From assembly GCA_963723535.1 (NCBI GenBank), contig CAVRRE010000001.1, positions 20,765 to 84,764 of the forward strand: DNA of 64,000 nucleotides, read 5' to 3'. Under the pieces are notes generated by a model. The model searched no databases and had not been told where the DNA came from. It was given only the letters and a program-made list of their open reading frames with translations. Origin of the DNA: an uncultured Acidobacteriota bacterium (GTDB lineage Bacteria > Acidobacteriota > Thermoanaerobaculia > UBA5066 > Gp7-AA6). This document shows, in pieces, positions 30,647 to 42,153 of this stretch (within the stretch, counting starts at the first letter, position 1; every line of letters begins with the position of its first letter). The translations under genes and the position numbers were made by a program.

Positions 30647-32876
30647 ATGAACGTCAAACGGTTCGCTCTTCTGGCTTCGTTGATCGCCTTCGCGGCCTCC
30701 CGGCCGGCGGCGGCGGATAACGGTCGAAGCGCGTACTCGTACGTCCGGGAGACGAGCGGCGAAGTCCTGGTCGTCTCTCCGTCGAACGGCGAGGTGCAGG
30801 CGAAGCGCAACCTCCCGATCTCGGCGGGCGACGAGATGAAGACCGAGGAGCCGGCCCGCGCCGAGGTGGCCCTGGCCGACGGCAACGTCCTTCACGTCGG
30901 AGGCGGCACGCGCATCCGGTTCGTTTCCCTCTCCGAGCAGCAGGGCTCCGACAGCGACGTCTCGGCGATCGACCTCTCGGACGGCTCGGTGATCCTCTCG
31001 GTGGTCGGGAGCGAAGAGCAGTCGGTCCCGCGCATCGATACGGCCGACGCCACGATCTACGCCAATAACGGCGCCCGCGTGCGCGTCAACGCCGACGTGC
31101 GGCGAGGAACCGGCGTCGTGGTCCGCGCGGGCTCGGTCGAGGTCAAGACGCGCTCGGGGTCCTACACCGTGCGCGCGGGCAACTATCTTCTCGTCCAGGG
31201 CGACCAGGAGCCGGAGATCGCGCGCGGCAGCTTCTCGCGCGACCGCTTCGACCTCTGGGCTGCGGACCGGCTGGAAGTCACCTACGACTCGCCCCAGGGC
31301 CCGTCGAGCCGATACGTCGAGGAGGAGTACGCGGCCGACGCGCAGACGCTGGATGGTTACGGGGACTGGGATTACAACAGCACGTATTCGAGCTACGTCT
31401 GGCGCCCCCAGGTCGCGGTCGGCTGGACGCCCTACTCCTACGGCTCCTGGTACTACACGCCGATCGGCCTGAGCTGGTGGTCGTACGACCCGTGGGGCTG
31501 GTATCCGTACCACTACGGCAACTGGTTCTTCGACGTCGGCTGGAACAGCTGGTGCTGGTCTCCGGGCTATGTCTACTCGCCCGCCTGGTGCTACTACGGC
31601 TACACGAACTCCTACTTCGGCTGGTGCCCCACGGGCTACTACGGCGGCTACTACGGCGGCAATTACCCGCAGCCGTACAACAACGCCGGCTGGGCCCGCG
31701 GCAACGTCGCATACGCGGTCAACGGGCGCTTTTCCACGCGCCAGGTGGACATGCGCGGCTGGAACTTCACCAGCGTGAACAACCTCGGAACCCGCGGTCG
31801 TCTGGACGTCGTACCGGGCACGCGTGTCGTCGACCGTCTCGGCAGCAATATCTCCGTATCCTCGCGTCCCATCGTGCTCTCGGAGCGCGGCGGCAACACG
31901 CGCGAAGCGCTCCGCGACTACGTCCGCGAGGCGCCGCGGATCGATCGAGACGGACGACGAACCCTCGGGACTCGGAACGCCTGGCGCCGTTCCTCGCCCG
32001 AGAGCGGCAGCTCCCCGACGCCACCGTGCAGGCTCTCCGCGAGCGGGCGGTTGTCGCCGAGCGCGGACGGCTCGCCGGGCCCGGCGCCTCCGAGATGATC
32101 CGCGGAGCGGCGGCGGAACCGTCGTGGACCGCGGTCGCGCGCCCCTGCAGAATGATTCGAGACGCCCCGAGAGCTTCGATCGCTCGCCGCGTTCGAGCGC
32201 CGAGCGCGGACGGACGATCGATCGGGCGGACCGACCGACGCGGCCGGAGACGACTTCTCCGGGAGGCCGCACGGCGGAGCGTCCGAGCTCGGACAGCTGG
32301 CGCGGCCAGCCTCAGGCCCGGTCGCTCGAGACGCGTCCTCAGATGGATCGCCAGGTCGAGCGTCCTCAGGTCGAGCGACCCGGCTCGGAGTGGCGGGGAC
32401 GCCCGGCGCCCGCGCCCTCGGATCGCGGATCGATCTCTCGCCAGCAGCCCTCGGATCGAGGCGCGCGGGACACCTGGAGATCGCGGCCCGACGTCCCGCC
32501 CGCGCAGCGCGTGATCGAAGGCTCGGTTCCGGGCCGCCGCCCGGCGCAGCGGGATCCGGCAGACGCCGGGCAGCGCCGTGGCTACGACCGGCAGGCCCCG
32601 GCGCCGCGCGACGGCGGCCGCCAGTACGCCTCTCCCCGGAACAGCGCGCCTCGCGACTACGCGCCGCGAGGAGACTCGAGCCCGGACCGCGGCCGAAGCT
32701 ACTCGCCCCCGTCGGGATCGGCTCCTCGCGAGTCCGCTCCGCGTTCATACGACCGGGCCCCGGCCCCGCGTTCGGCGCCGCAGGCCGCTCCTCCTCGGTC
32801 CGCGCCGGCCCCGCGAAGCGCACCCGCTCCGCGGAGCGCGCCGCCACCGAGCTCGGGGAGCCGGGGCCGCCCATAA
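30647..32876 (+). CDS. Secreted FecR-domain / DUF6600-like protein with Arg/Pro/Ser-rich tail, frameshifted
   Basis: Signal peptide, FecR-like region, Tyr/Trp/Gly-rich region (YGDWDY...YVWRP.V..GW.PY.YG.W...W...PWGW.PYHYG.W), APRSAP repeats in frame 31824..32876. Confidence 0.8.
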
Positions 32877-32907
32877 GACTTCTTCCCTGAGGTTTCCTCC
32901 TCTTCCC

Positions 32908-32938
32908 ACCGCGCCTTTCGGCGCGGTTCTTTTTTTTC
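32908..32938 (+). terminator. Rho-independent terminator
   Basis: ACCGCGCC-TTTC-GGCGCGGT followed by TCTTTTTTTT. Confidence 0.85.
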
Positions 32939-33001
32939 GGCCGCGGGAGCGGCCTGAAAAACCCGGCGGAAGGAGCCTCCCCACCCATAGAATTCGCGCA
33001 G

Positions 33002-33247
33002 GTGCGGCGCCTCCTCGAGATCCTCGGAAACGCCTTGTTCGTCTTCTACTGCACCACGGTGGGGATCTATCTCATCCTGCGTCCCTGGACCGCCCGCCCG
33101 GCCATCCCCGGCCTCTTCGGCTCGGGGTTTTTTCGCGGCTTCGTTTCGGGTCTCGGGCTCCTGCACCTGGCCGTGGGCGTCGCCGACCTGAGGGTTCTGT
33201 CGCGGGTCCTCCAGAACGGCCGGGCCACGCCGGAGAGGCCGGAGTGA
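33002..33247 (+). CDS. Small membrane protein
   Basis: 81 aa, two TM segments, stop overlaps the next start codon. Confidence 0.65.
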   Translation: MRRLLEILGNALFVFYCTTVGIYLILRPWTARPAIPGLFGSGFFRGFVSGLGLLHLAVGVADLRVLSRVLQNGRATPERPE

Positions 33248-33852
33248 AGGCGCTCTACGTGACCGACCGCAGGGCCGTCGGCGACGCGCGTTTCCTCGCG
33301 CTCCTGGCGGAGCTGGCCGGGGCGCCCGTGGCCGTCGAGCTGCGGGAGCGCGAAACCGAGGACCTGGAGGTTCTTCGGCTGGCGGTCCTCGCCCGCGAAC
33401 GCCTCGGTCCCGGCGTGCGCCTCTCGGTCAACCGCCGTTTCGACATCGCACTCGCGGCGGGCGCGGATGGCGTCCATCTGCCGTCCGAGGGACTGCCCCT
33501 GGATCGGGTCCGGGCGGCCACGCCCCGGGGGTTCTCGCTCGGCGTTTCGACGCACTCCGCGTCCGAGGCCACCTCCGCGATCGAGGCCGGCGCGGATGTG
33601 GTCGTTCTCGGGCCGATCTTCGACACCCCGTCCAAACGTTCTTACGGCGCGCCGCTCGGACCGGAGGCGCTCCGCGATCTGCCTCGCCGGGACACGCACT
33701 CGAGCGAGGTGCTCGTCATCGGCGGGATCGCGGAGGACAACCTCGACGCGCTCGAGCCCTATCGCGACCGAATCTCCGGCATCGCCGCGATCCGGCTCTT
33801 CCAGGAGGCCGCGAGCCCGCGCGCCGCGGCCGAGCGACTCGCCTCCCGATGA
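33244..33852 (+). CDS. thiE: Thiamine phosphate synthase (ThiE/TenI-like)
   Basis: LYVTDR, VNRRFDIALAAGADGVHL, GVSTHS, LGPIFDTPSK and IGGI. Confidence 0.8.
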   Translation: MKALYVTDRRAVGDARFLALLAELAGAPVAVELRERETEDLEVLRLAVLARERLGPGVRLSVNRRFDIALAAGADGVHLPSEGLPLDRVRAATPRGFSLGVSTHSASEATSAIEAGADVVVLGPIFDTPSKRSYGAPLGPEALRDLPRRDTHSSEVLVIGGIAEDNLDALEPYRDRISGIAAIRLFQEAASPRAAAERLASR

Positions 33853-35285
33853 GCGTTCGCGTCTCCGAGATCGCGGTCAAGGGGGCCCGGCGGATCCTGC
33901 CGGCGCTCGCCTTCCTCGCTCTCGTCTTCGGGGCCGTGCTCCTGCTCTCGAGCTTCGGCGTTCCGTTTGTGGACTCGAAGGACCGGAACTACGCCGCCTT
34001 CCTCGTCGGGCTCGCCGCGATTCTCCTGGCGACCCGCGTCGCCGACTTCCTGGTGTTCGAGGTCGGCTACCGCCTCAAGCGCGGCACGGCGGCACCGGAT
34101 CTCCTGCGTCAGATCGTCAGCCTGCTCCTCTTCGGCATCGCGCTGGGCGTGCTCTTCCAGGTGATCCTCCGCGCGAGCCTGCCCGCCCTCCTCGCGACGT
34201 CCGCCGTGATCACGGCCGTGATCGGCCTCGCGCTCCAGGAAACGCTCGGAAACCTCTTTTCGGGCGTGGCCCTGGCCCTCGAGCGGACGCTGCAGGTCGG
34301 CGACATGGTCCGTTCGGGCGAGACCATCGGCCTCGTGGAGCAGCTCTCCTGGCGGTCGATCAAGGTCCGCACGATGGAGGGCAACACGATCCTGATTCCG
34401 AACAGCGTCGCCAGCCGCGAGCGCTTCGAGGTCTTCCGGCGCGGCGGCGTCCCGATGGCGCGGATCCTGACCGTCGGGCTCGAGCACGACCTGGAGCCGG
34501 CCCGCGCCCGGGCCACGCTCGAGGCGGCGGCCCGGGACGCTCCGGGAATCGCCCCTCAGCCGCCCCCGATTGCGGTGCTCGACCGCTTCGAGGACTTCGC
34601 GACCGTCTACGCGCTCCGATACTGGCTCGAGGACTACTCCCGCTACATCGAGGTCGACTCGGAGGTGCGCCAGCGGGTCTGGTACGCGCTGGCCCGCGAG
34701 AGGATCCCGTTCGCCTACCCGGTGATCCGCCAGCATCAGTACGCCGCGGGCCCGCTTCCCCGGCCCGACCCCTCCCTCGCCGTCCGGGCCGCCGTCGAGA
34801 CCAGCGATCTGTTCGAGCCTCTCTCGAGCGAGGAGCGCGCGAAGCTCGTGGCCGGCGCTCGCCTGCTGCGCTTCGCCGTCGGCGAGACCGTCGTCCGCGA
34901 GGGCGAGCCCGGCGCGTCCATGTTCCTGATCGCCCGGGGGCGCGTCATGGTCTCCGCGCGCGGCGCGGGTGACGAGAGTCAGGGAGTCGCGAGCCTCGAG
35001 CCCGGATCGGCCTTCGGCGAGATCAGCCTCCTGACCGGCGAGCCGCGCCTCGCGACCGTGCGGACGACCGTCGAATCCGTCCTGATCGAAATCGACAAGG
35101 ACACGCTCGCCCCCATCCTGCAGGCGAACCCCTCCCTCGTCGACAAGCTCGACGCGATCGTTCTCGAACGGCGCCGCCAGACGGCCGGCCGTCTGGACCG
35201 CGCGCGAGGAGGGGCGGCGCACGAGACTGCTGTATCGATCCGCACGAAGATCGCTCGCTTCTTCGACCTCCGGGGGCTCGCGTGA
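33849..35285 (+). CDS. MscS mechanosensitive channel with C-terminal cNMP-binding domain
   Basis: GLALQETLGNLFSG, QVGDMV, IPNS; C-terminal VVREGEPG.SMF and FGEISLLTGEPR.ATV. Confidence 0.9.
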   Translation: MSVRVSEIAVKGARRILPALAFLALVFGAVLLLSSFGVPFVDSKDRNYAAFLVGLAAILLATRVADFLVFEVGYRLKRGTAAPDLLRQIVSLLLFGIALGVLFQVILRASLPALLATSAVITAVIGLALQETLGNLFSGVALALERTLQVGDMVRSGETIGLVEQLSWRSIKVRTMEGNTILIPNSVASRERFEVFRRGGVPMARILTVGLEHDLEPARARATLEAAARDAPGIAPQPPPIAVLDRFEDFATVYALRYWLEDYSRYIEVDSEVRQRVWYALARERIPFAYPVIRQHQYAAGPLPRPDPSLAVRAAVETSDLFEPLSSEERAKLVAGARLLRFAVGETVVREGEPGASMFLIARGRVMVSARGAGDESQGVASLEPGSAFGEISLLTGEPRLATVRTTVESVLIEIDKDTLAPILQANPSLVDKLDAIVLERRRQTAGRLDRARGGAAHETAVSIRTKIARFFDLRGLA

Positions 35286-35695
35286 CGCCGGGGGCGGTCG
35301 GCCTTCTGCTGGGCCTGGACCTGACCGAGGTCGACCGCATCGCCGGCGTCCTCGAACGTCACGGGGAAAGATTCCTCGCGCGCATCTTCCGCGAGGGAGA
35401 GATCCGTCGAGAGCGCCGCCACAAGCGCGCGTTCGCGGAGCACGTCGCCGGCCGCTTCGCTGCCAAGGAAGCCGCCATGAAGGCGCTCGGCCTCGGCTGG
35501 CGGGGCCTCGCGTTCCGCGACATCGAGATCGGCCGCGACGCGCGCGGAAAGCCGCTCGTCTCTTTTCACGGCAAGGCGCTGGTGCGGTCGCGCTCGCTGA
35601 AAGTGCTCTCGGCGGAAGTGACGATCACCCACGGCCGCGACATCGCCGCCGCCGTCGTCGCGCTCGTGACGGCCCCGAACGCCCACAAGGCGTGA
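35282..35695 (+). CDS. acpS: Holo-ACP synthase
   Basis: GLDLTEVDRI, AGRFAAKEAAMKALG, GKP and ITH. Confidence 0.92.
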   Translation: MTPGAVGLLLGLDLTEVDRIAGVLERHGERFLARIFREGEIRRERRHKRAFAEHVAGRFAAKEAAMKALGLGWRGLAFRDIEIGRDARGKPLVSFHGKALVRSRSLKVLSAEVTITHGRDIAAAVVALVTAPNAHKA

Positions 35696-35735
35696 CGCGG
35701 CCGTCCCGGCGCGCTTGGGCTAAACTGCGCCCGCG

Positions 35736-38633
35736 ATGAGCGAGGGATCCGACTACAAAAGCACGCTCAATCTGCCGCGCACGGACTTCCCGATGAAGGC
35801 CGACCTCGCCCGGCGGGAGCCCCAGCAGCTCGCCGCCTGGGAGGCGATGGGGCTCGAGGAGAAGCGCCGCGCCGCCGCGGCCGGACGGCCCCGCTTCATC
35901 CTCCACGACGGGCCGCCCGTACGCGAACGGCAACATCCACATCGGGCACGCGCTCAACAAGATCCTCAAGGACGTCATCGTCCGCAGCCGCGTCGATGAT
36001 GGGCTTCGACGCCCCCTACGTTCCGGGCTGGGATTGCCACGGTCTGCCGATCGAGCAGAAGGTCGACAAGAAGCTCGGCTCCAAGAAGAAGGACATGAGC
36101 GCCGTCGAGATCCGCCGCGCCTGCCGGGCCTACGCCGAGGAGTACATCGGCATCCAGCGCGAGGAGTTCAAGCGCCTGGGGGTCGGCGGGCTCTGGGACC
36201 GTCCCTATACGACGATGGCCTACCCGTACGAGGCCGTGATCGCCCGGGCCTTCGGCGGCGTCTACGAGAAGAACCTCGTCTACCAGGCCCTCAAGTCGGT
36301 GCGCTGGTGCTTCACCGACCGCACGGCGCTCGCCGAGGCGGAGCTCGAGTACGAGGAACGGCAGGATCCCGCGATCTACGTCGCGTTCCCGACCGACCTC
36401 TGGATCGCCGACAAGAACGTCCCGGCCGCCTTCCTGACCTGGACGACGACGCCCTGGACGATCCCCTCGAACCTCGCGATCGCCGTCCACCCGGACGAGT
36501 CCTATTCGTGGGTCGAGGTCGAGGGAGGTCAGCACTACCTCATCGCCGAACGGCTCGTCCCGCGCGTCGCCGAAGAGCTCGGCTGGAAGAACTGGAAGCG
36601 CGGGCCGCTCGTTCCGGGCCGCTCGCTCGAAGGCACCGTCTACGCCCATCCCCTCCCGCAGGAGTGCCGGGGCGAGCTCACGGCCGAAGAGGACGCGCGC
36701 TCGTTCCGCGTCATCCTCGGCGACCACGTCACCATGGACACCGGTACGGGACTCGTGCACACCGCGCCCGGCCACGGCGAAGACGACTTCCTCGCCGGGC
36801 AGCGGGAGAAACTTCCGATCCTCTCGCCCGTCGATGAGGCCGGACGGTTCACGACGGTGGCGAAGTACCGCGGGCAGAAGGTGCTCGACGCGAATCCGGC
36901 GATCGTCGAGGACCTCAAGGCCGTCGGCGCCCTCGTCGGGTACGACCCCAGGTTCCGCCACGAGTACCCGCATTGCTGGCGCTGCAAGAATCCCGTCATC
37001 TTTCGGGCGACGATCCAGTGGTTCGCCCGCCTCGACGAGCCGACGGCCGACGTCCGGCGCGGCGCCCTCGACGCGATCGCCCGCGTGAAGTGGATACCCT
37101 CCTGGGGCGAAGCCCGCATCGCCGGGATGGTCGAGAACCGCCGCGAGTGGGTGATCTCGCGCCAGCGGCGCTGGGGCTCGCCGATCACGCTGCTCTATGC
37201 CATGAAAGACGGCGAGCGCGCGGGGGTCTACCCGTGGAGAGACTCCCGTGAGGAGCTGCACCGTTTCTTCGAGCACCTCGCCGGAATCTTTCGCGAGGAG
37301 GGCGCCGACGCCTGGTACACCCGGCCCGCGGCCGACTTCCTGCCCCCGGGCGCCGACCTGCGAGGCTTCGCCCGCGAGGACTTCCAGGCGGAAACCGACA
37401 TCCTCGACGTGTGGTTCGACTCAGGGTGTCTCGCACATCGCGGTGCTGCGTTCCGGCGCGTGGCCCGAGCTCGTGAAGAGCGACTCCGCTTCGGGCCGCC
37501 CCGCCGACCTCTACGTCGAGGGGCACGACCAGCACCGCGGCTGGTTCCAGTCGTCCCTCCTGATCTCGGTCGCGCTTTACGGCGATGCGCCCTACGACGG
37601 CGTCATCACGCACGGGTTCGTCGTCGACGGCCAGGGGCGCAAGATGTCGAAGTCCCTCGGCAACGTCGTCGCGCCCCAGGACCTGATCCAGAAGTACGGC
37701 GCGGACATCGTGCGGCTCTGGGTGGCGAGCCTCGACTATCGCGACGACGACCCGATCTCCGAAGAGATCCTGGCCCGCTGCGGCGAGGCCTACCGGAAGA
37801 TCCGGAACACGGCGCGCTACCTGATCTCGAACCTCTACGACTTCGATCCGAGCGCCGACGCCCTCCCGCTCGAGCGTCTCCAGCCTCTCGATCGCTGGGC
37901 GCTCGGCGAGGCCCGGACCGTCGTGCGCCGGATCCTGGCGGCGTACGAGAGCTACGAGCTCCACGTGATCTACCATCAGCTCGTGACTTTTTGCGCCACC
38001 ACGCTCTCGGCGTTCTATTGCGACATCCTCAAGGACCGGCTCTACGCGTCCTCGGCGGCCTCGCCCGAGCGCCGGGCCGCGCAGACGGCGCTCTGGCGCA
38101 TCGCGCGCGCCCTCGCGGCCGCCATGGCGCCGGTCCTGCCGTTCACGGCCGAGGAGATCTGGGCCGCCCTTCCGGGAAAGAAGGAAGAATCGGTCCACCT
38201 GTCGCGTTTCGACGGGCTGGACGACCTGAAGGTCCCGGCCGACTCGGTTTCCGATGCGGCCTGGGAACGGCTGACCAAGTTGAGGGAAGAGGCCTCGGTG
38301 ATTCTCGAGCAGGCGCGGCGCGACAAGACCATCGGTTCGTCCCTCGAGGGCGCCATCGCGCTGTCGGGAAACGAGGCTCTGGACGCCGACCGCGCCGCCA
38401 CGGGAACCGCCGGCTCCGGCCTCGCCGACCTGTTCATCGTCTCCGAGATCGTCGAAGACGCGGGCGCCGATCCCGTCGAATGGCGTGAGTCCCAGGCCTA
38501 TCCGGGCGTCCGCCTCGGGTTCTTGAAGGCCCGGGGCCGCCGATGCGACCGCTGCTGGAAGGTGACGCCGGAAGCCGATCCGTCGGGCCTCTGCGATCGC
38601 TGTCGGGCAGTCGTCGGCGAGGTCGCGGCGTGA
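35736..38633 (+). CDS. ileS: Isoleucyl-tRNA synthetase (type 1), several frameshifts
   Basis: [60 protein letters not shown] and C-terminal CDRCW...CDRC. Confidence 0.95.
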
Positions 38634-39163
38634 CCACGAACCTGCGCGAGTCGACGCTCTACCGGGGCGCCTACCTGGCGGTTTCCCTCGCGGTCCTCTT
38701 CCTCGACCAGTGGACCAAGGGCATCATCACCCGCACGATGGACGTCCACCAGTCGAAGACGATCATCCCGAATGTCTTCGACCTCACCTACGTCCGCAAC
38801 AGCGGCGCGGCCTTCGGCCTTTTCGCTTCGGTCGACTCGGCCCTGAAGGCCGTGGTCCTCAACAGCGTCGCGGTCGTCGTGTTCCTCATCGTTTCGGCCT
38901 ATGCCCTGCGCTCCTCCCACAAGAGCGTCCGCCTGCAGCTCGGTCTGGCCCTCATCCTCGGCGGGGCCGTCGGAAACCTGCTCGACCGCGTCCGCTTCGG
39001 ATACGTCGTCGACTTCCTCGACTTCGCGGTATCGGGGCACCACTGGCCCGCCTTCAACGTGGCCGACTCGGCCATCTGCATCGGCGTCGCCGTTCTCTTC
39101 CTCGACATGCTCCGCCACGAGGAAGAGCCCAAGCCCGGTCCCGACGCCGCGCCGGGGGGATAG
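38630..39163 (+). CDS. lspA: Lipoprotein signal peptidase II
   Basis: DQWTK, NSGAAF, GAVGNLLDR, VVDF and FNVADSAI. Confidence 0.95.
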   Translation: MTTNLRESTLYRGAYLAVSLAVLFLDQWTKGIITRTMDVHQSKTIIPNVFDLTYVRNSGAAFGLFASVDSALKAVVLNSVAVVVFLIVSAYALRSSHKSVRLQLGLALILGGAVGNLLDRVRFGYVVDFLDFAVSGHHWPAFNVADSAICIGVAVLFLDMLRHEEEPKPGPDAAPGG

Positions 39164-39167
39164 CCTC

Positions 39168-39953
39168 ATTTTTCCGCGTCTCGTTCAAATCGGACAGTTC
39201 TACCTGCCGACCTACGGCGTCGTTCTGGCCATCGCCTACCTGACGGGCATCTGGCTGCTGCGCCGGAAGGCCCTCGCCGACGGCCTTCCCGACCAGAAGA
39301 TCCTGGACCTCGCGCTCTACATGCTGGCCTCCGCGATCCTCGGAGCGAAACTCCTCCTCGTCCTCGTCGAGTGGAAACGCTACGCGGCGAATCCGAAGGA
39401 CTTGATCGAGGTCGTCCGCTCGGGCGGGGTCTTCTACGGAGGCCTCATCTGCACGACGGTCGTATCGATCTGGTACATGAAGAAGAACGGCCTCCCGGCC
39501 TGGCGGATCGCCGACATGGGCGCGCCGTCGATCGCCCTGGGCGAGGCGATGGGACGCTGGGGCTGTTTCGCCGCCGGCTGTTGCTACGGCAAGGAAAGCC
39601 ACGGACCGTTCGCCGTGACGTTCTCGGACCCCTTCGCCCACGATGCCGTGGGCACTCCCCTCGGCGTGCCTCTCCATCCGACGCAGATCTACCTGTCTCT
39701 CAACGCGTTTCTGATTTTCCTGATCCTCCAGTGGGCTTACCGCCGCAAGACCTTCGACGGCGAAGTCTTCTGGCTCTACGTGCTTCTGTACGCGATCACA
39801 CGCGGGATCCTCGAGACATGGCGCGGCGATCTCGTGCGCGGCTTCGTGATCCCCGGAGTTCTCTCGACCTCACAGGCGATCGGGCTCGTCACGGCCGCCG
39901 CCGCCGGCGGGATGCTCTTCTATCTCTCGCGCCGGCAACGCGCCGAGGCCTAG
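39168..39953 (+). CDS. lgt: Prolipoprotein diacylglyceryl transferase; apparent ATT start
   Basis: (M)FPRLV..G, GGVFYGG, GRWGCF.AGCCYG and HPTQIY. Confidence 0.92.
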   Translation: MFPRLVQIGQFYLPTYGVVLAIAYLTGIWLLRRKALADGLPDQKILDLALYMLASAILGAKLLLVLVEWKRYAANPKDLIEVVRSGGVFYGGLICTTVVSIWYMKKNGLPAWRIADMGAPSIALGEAMGRWGCFAAGCCYGKESHGPFAVTFSDPFAHDAVGTPLGVPLHPTQIYLSLNAFLIFLILQWAYRRKTFDGEVFWLYVLLYAITRGILETWRGDLVRGFVIPGVLSTSQAIGLVTAAAAGGMLFYLSRRQRAEA

Positions 39954-39965
39954 CAGGTCGGCTCC

Positions 39966-40980
39966 GTGATTCGGCGGTTCCGGGTCGGCTCCCCGTCTGC
40001 CGGAACTCGTCTCGACGTCTTCCTCGTCGCGGCCTGCTCGGACATGTCGCGCTCCCGGCTGCAGAAGCTGATCGCCGAAGGGTCCGTCCGCGTCGACGGA
40101 GGCGCCGCGCGCCGGTCGCACGTCGTCCGCGCCGGCGAGGAGATCTCGGTGGACGTGCCCGAGCCCCGGGAGGTCGCTGTCGAGGCCGAGGACATCCCGC
40201 TGTCGATCCTCTACGAGGACGCGCACCTGCATCGCGATCGACAAGCCGGCCGGCCTGGTCGTGCATCCCGCGCCCGGCCACGCGTCCGGCACGCTCGTCA
40301 ACGCTCTTCTCCACTACGTTCGCGACCTCTCGGGGATCGGCGGCGAGCTGCGCCCGGGGATCGTCCATCGCCTCGATCGCGACACCTCCGGCGTTCTGCT
40401 CGTGGCGAAGACCGACCGCGCCCACCAGATGCTCTCGCGTCAGATGCGGCGCCGCACCCTTCGCAAGGAGTACCTCGCGCTCGCCGCCGGGGTTCCCCGC
40501 GTGCGCAAGGGCGAAGTCACCTTCGCGATCGGCCGCGATCCGCGCGACCGCAAGAAGATGAAGGCGTTCCGGCCCCTCGAAATCGCAGGCGAGCGCCCTG
40601 CCGGCGCCCGCGACGCCCGCACCCTCTACGAGATCGAGAAGGAGTGGCCGACGCTCGGACTGACCCTGCTTCGCTGCCGGCTCGTGACGGGACGGACGCA
40701 CCAGATCCGCGTCCACCTCGCGGCCTCGGGTCTGCCGATCGTCGGCGATCCCGGTGTACGGCCGTCCCCGCTATCCCCGCGTCGCCGACGAGGACCTCCG
40801 CCGCAGGCTGGCCGGGTTCCCGCGCCAGGCCCTCCACGCCGAGCGCGTCGAGTTCCATCATCCGGAGACGCAGGAGCTCGTCGAGATCGTGGCGCCTCGT
40901 CCGCCCGACATCGCCGGCCTGATCGCCGCCATCGACGAGGGCGCGGCGCTAGAGACACCGGGATACCCTTCGCCTCATGG
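39966..40980 (+). CDS. rluD: RluA/RluD-family pseudouridine synthase, frameshifted
   Basis: S4-like RLDVFL...SRSRLQKLI, HPAPGH..GTLVNAL, IVHRLDRDTSG, TGRTHQIRVH and QALHA. Confidence 0.88.
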
Positions 40981-41492
40981 CGAACGACACCGAGATCCTC
41001 TACGACGGCCGTCACCTGGTGCTTCTGCGGCGCAACGGCTGGGAGTACGTCGAGCATCGAACGGCCCCCGAAGCCGCCATGGTGGTCGCGCTCACGGAAG
41101 GCGGCGAGATCGTGCTCGCCGAAGAATTCCGTCCGCCCATGAACGCCCCGGTCGTCTCTCTTCCCTCGGGCCTGATCGGGGACGAAGGGCCGGAGAACGC
41201 GCTCGACGCCGCGCGCCGGGAGCTCGCCGAAGAGACCGGCTACGCGGCCGCGAGCTGGCGGCGTCTCGCTCGGGGACCGGGCTCGGCCGGCCAGAGCTCG
41301 GAGATGATCACGTTCTTTCTGGCGACCCCGGCCGTCCTCTCCGGCGGCCAGGCCGCTCACGACGTCGGCAAGATCCGTGTCCACGTCGTTCCCATCGCGA
41401 GCCTGCGCGAGTGGGCACGCGCTCGCGAGGCCGAGGGCTCGGTGATCGATCCCAAGATCTGGGCCGGCCTCTACCTGGCCGGACGCGGCTGA
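40977..41492 (+). CDS. NUDIX hydrolase (ADP-ribose pyrophosphatase-like)
   Basis: LPSGLIGDEGPENALDAARRELAEETGY. Confidence 0.85.
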   Translation: MANDTEILYDGRHLVLLRRNGWEYVEHRTAPEAAMVVALTEGGEIVLAEEFRPPMNAPVVSLPSGLIGDEGPENALDAARRELAEETGYAAASWRRLARGPGSAGQSSEMITFFLATPAVLSGGQAAHDVGKIRVHVVPIASLREWARAREAEGSVIDPKIWAGLYLAGRG

Positions 41493-41505
41493 GCGAACCG
41501 GGCGC

Positions 41506-42153
41506 CTACTTCAGCACGAGGTAGATCGTCATCCCGTCGCGCTCGAGCGCGACACGGTTCTCCTCGATCTTCGCCACGGTGAAGCCCTCGACGTAGGCGT
41601 CCGTCGCGACGATCCGGTCGTTCAGGAGGGCGCGAGGCTCCTCCTCCGACCAGACGATCCCGCCGAGCTCGATCCGCCGGCCTTCCGGGAGATTGACGAC
41701 TCCGACGTACGTGCGCCCGTCGTCCAGCACCGAGGCGGGCGGCGGGACTTCGACCACGCCCGGAGACGCGTCCTCGGCCTCGGGGATCGCGACCTTCGTC
41801 GGCCGGAGGCGCGTCGGCGCGGCCACGACCGCCGCCTCTGTCGGCAGCGGTGTCGGCGCCGCCGCCGGTGGAGACGTCGGAACCGCCGTCGGAGCCGGAA
41901 GAGCCGCCGCGCGAGACGGCGGAGGAGCTTCCGGGGCCGCGGCGTTCCACACCAGCCTTCCGAGGAAGGCGAGGACGACGACCGTACCGATTCCGGCGAG
42001 GGCCCGGAGGCTCGCGCGCACGAGGGCGCGGCGCTTCGCGAGACCCGCGTCGGGAAGGGGGGCGGGCGTCCACGGGCGCGCCGTCTCGCCCTTGGACCCT
42101 TCCTTCTGGCTCGCCTCCTGGGCGCGTTTGAGCGCTTCGTCGATCAGGCTCAC
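41506..42153 (-). CDS. ExeB/GspB-like membrane protein, frameshifted
   Basis: MSLIDEALKRAQ N-terminus, one TM helix, Pro/Ala linker, C-terminal LGGIVWSEEEPRALLNDRIV...TVAKIEENRV.L. Confidence 0.7.
   Translation of the reverse strand: MSLIDEALKRAQEASQKEGSKGETARPWTPAPLPDAGLAKRRALVRASLRALAGIGTVVVLAFLGRLVWNAAAPEAPPPSRAAALPAPTAVPTSPPAAAPTPLPTEAAVVAAPTRLRPTKVAIPEAEDASPGVVEVPPPASVLDDGRTYVGVVNLPEGRRIELGGIVWSEEEPRALLNDRIVATDAYVEGFTVAKIEENRVALERDGMTIYLVLK

Noticed and set aside
35736-38633. Programmed ribosomal frameshifting in ileS
   Set aside because: Multiple shifts with no slippery-site/stimulator pattern, and the same phenomenon occurs window-wide.
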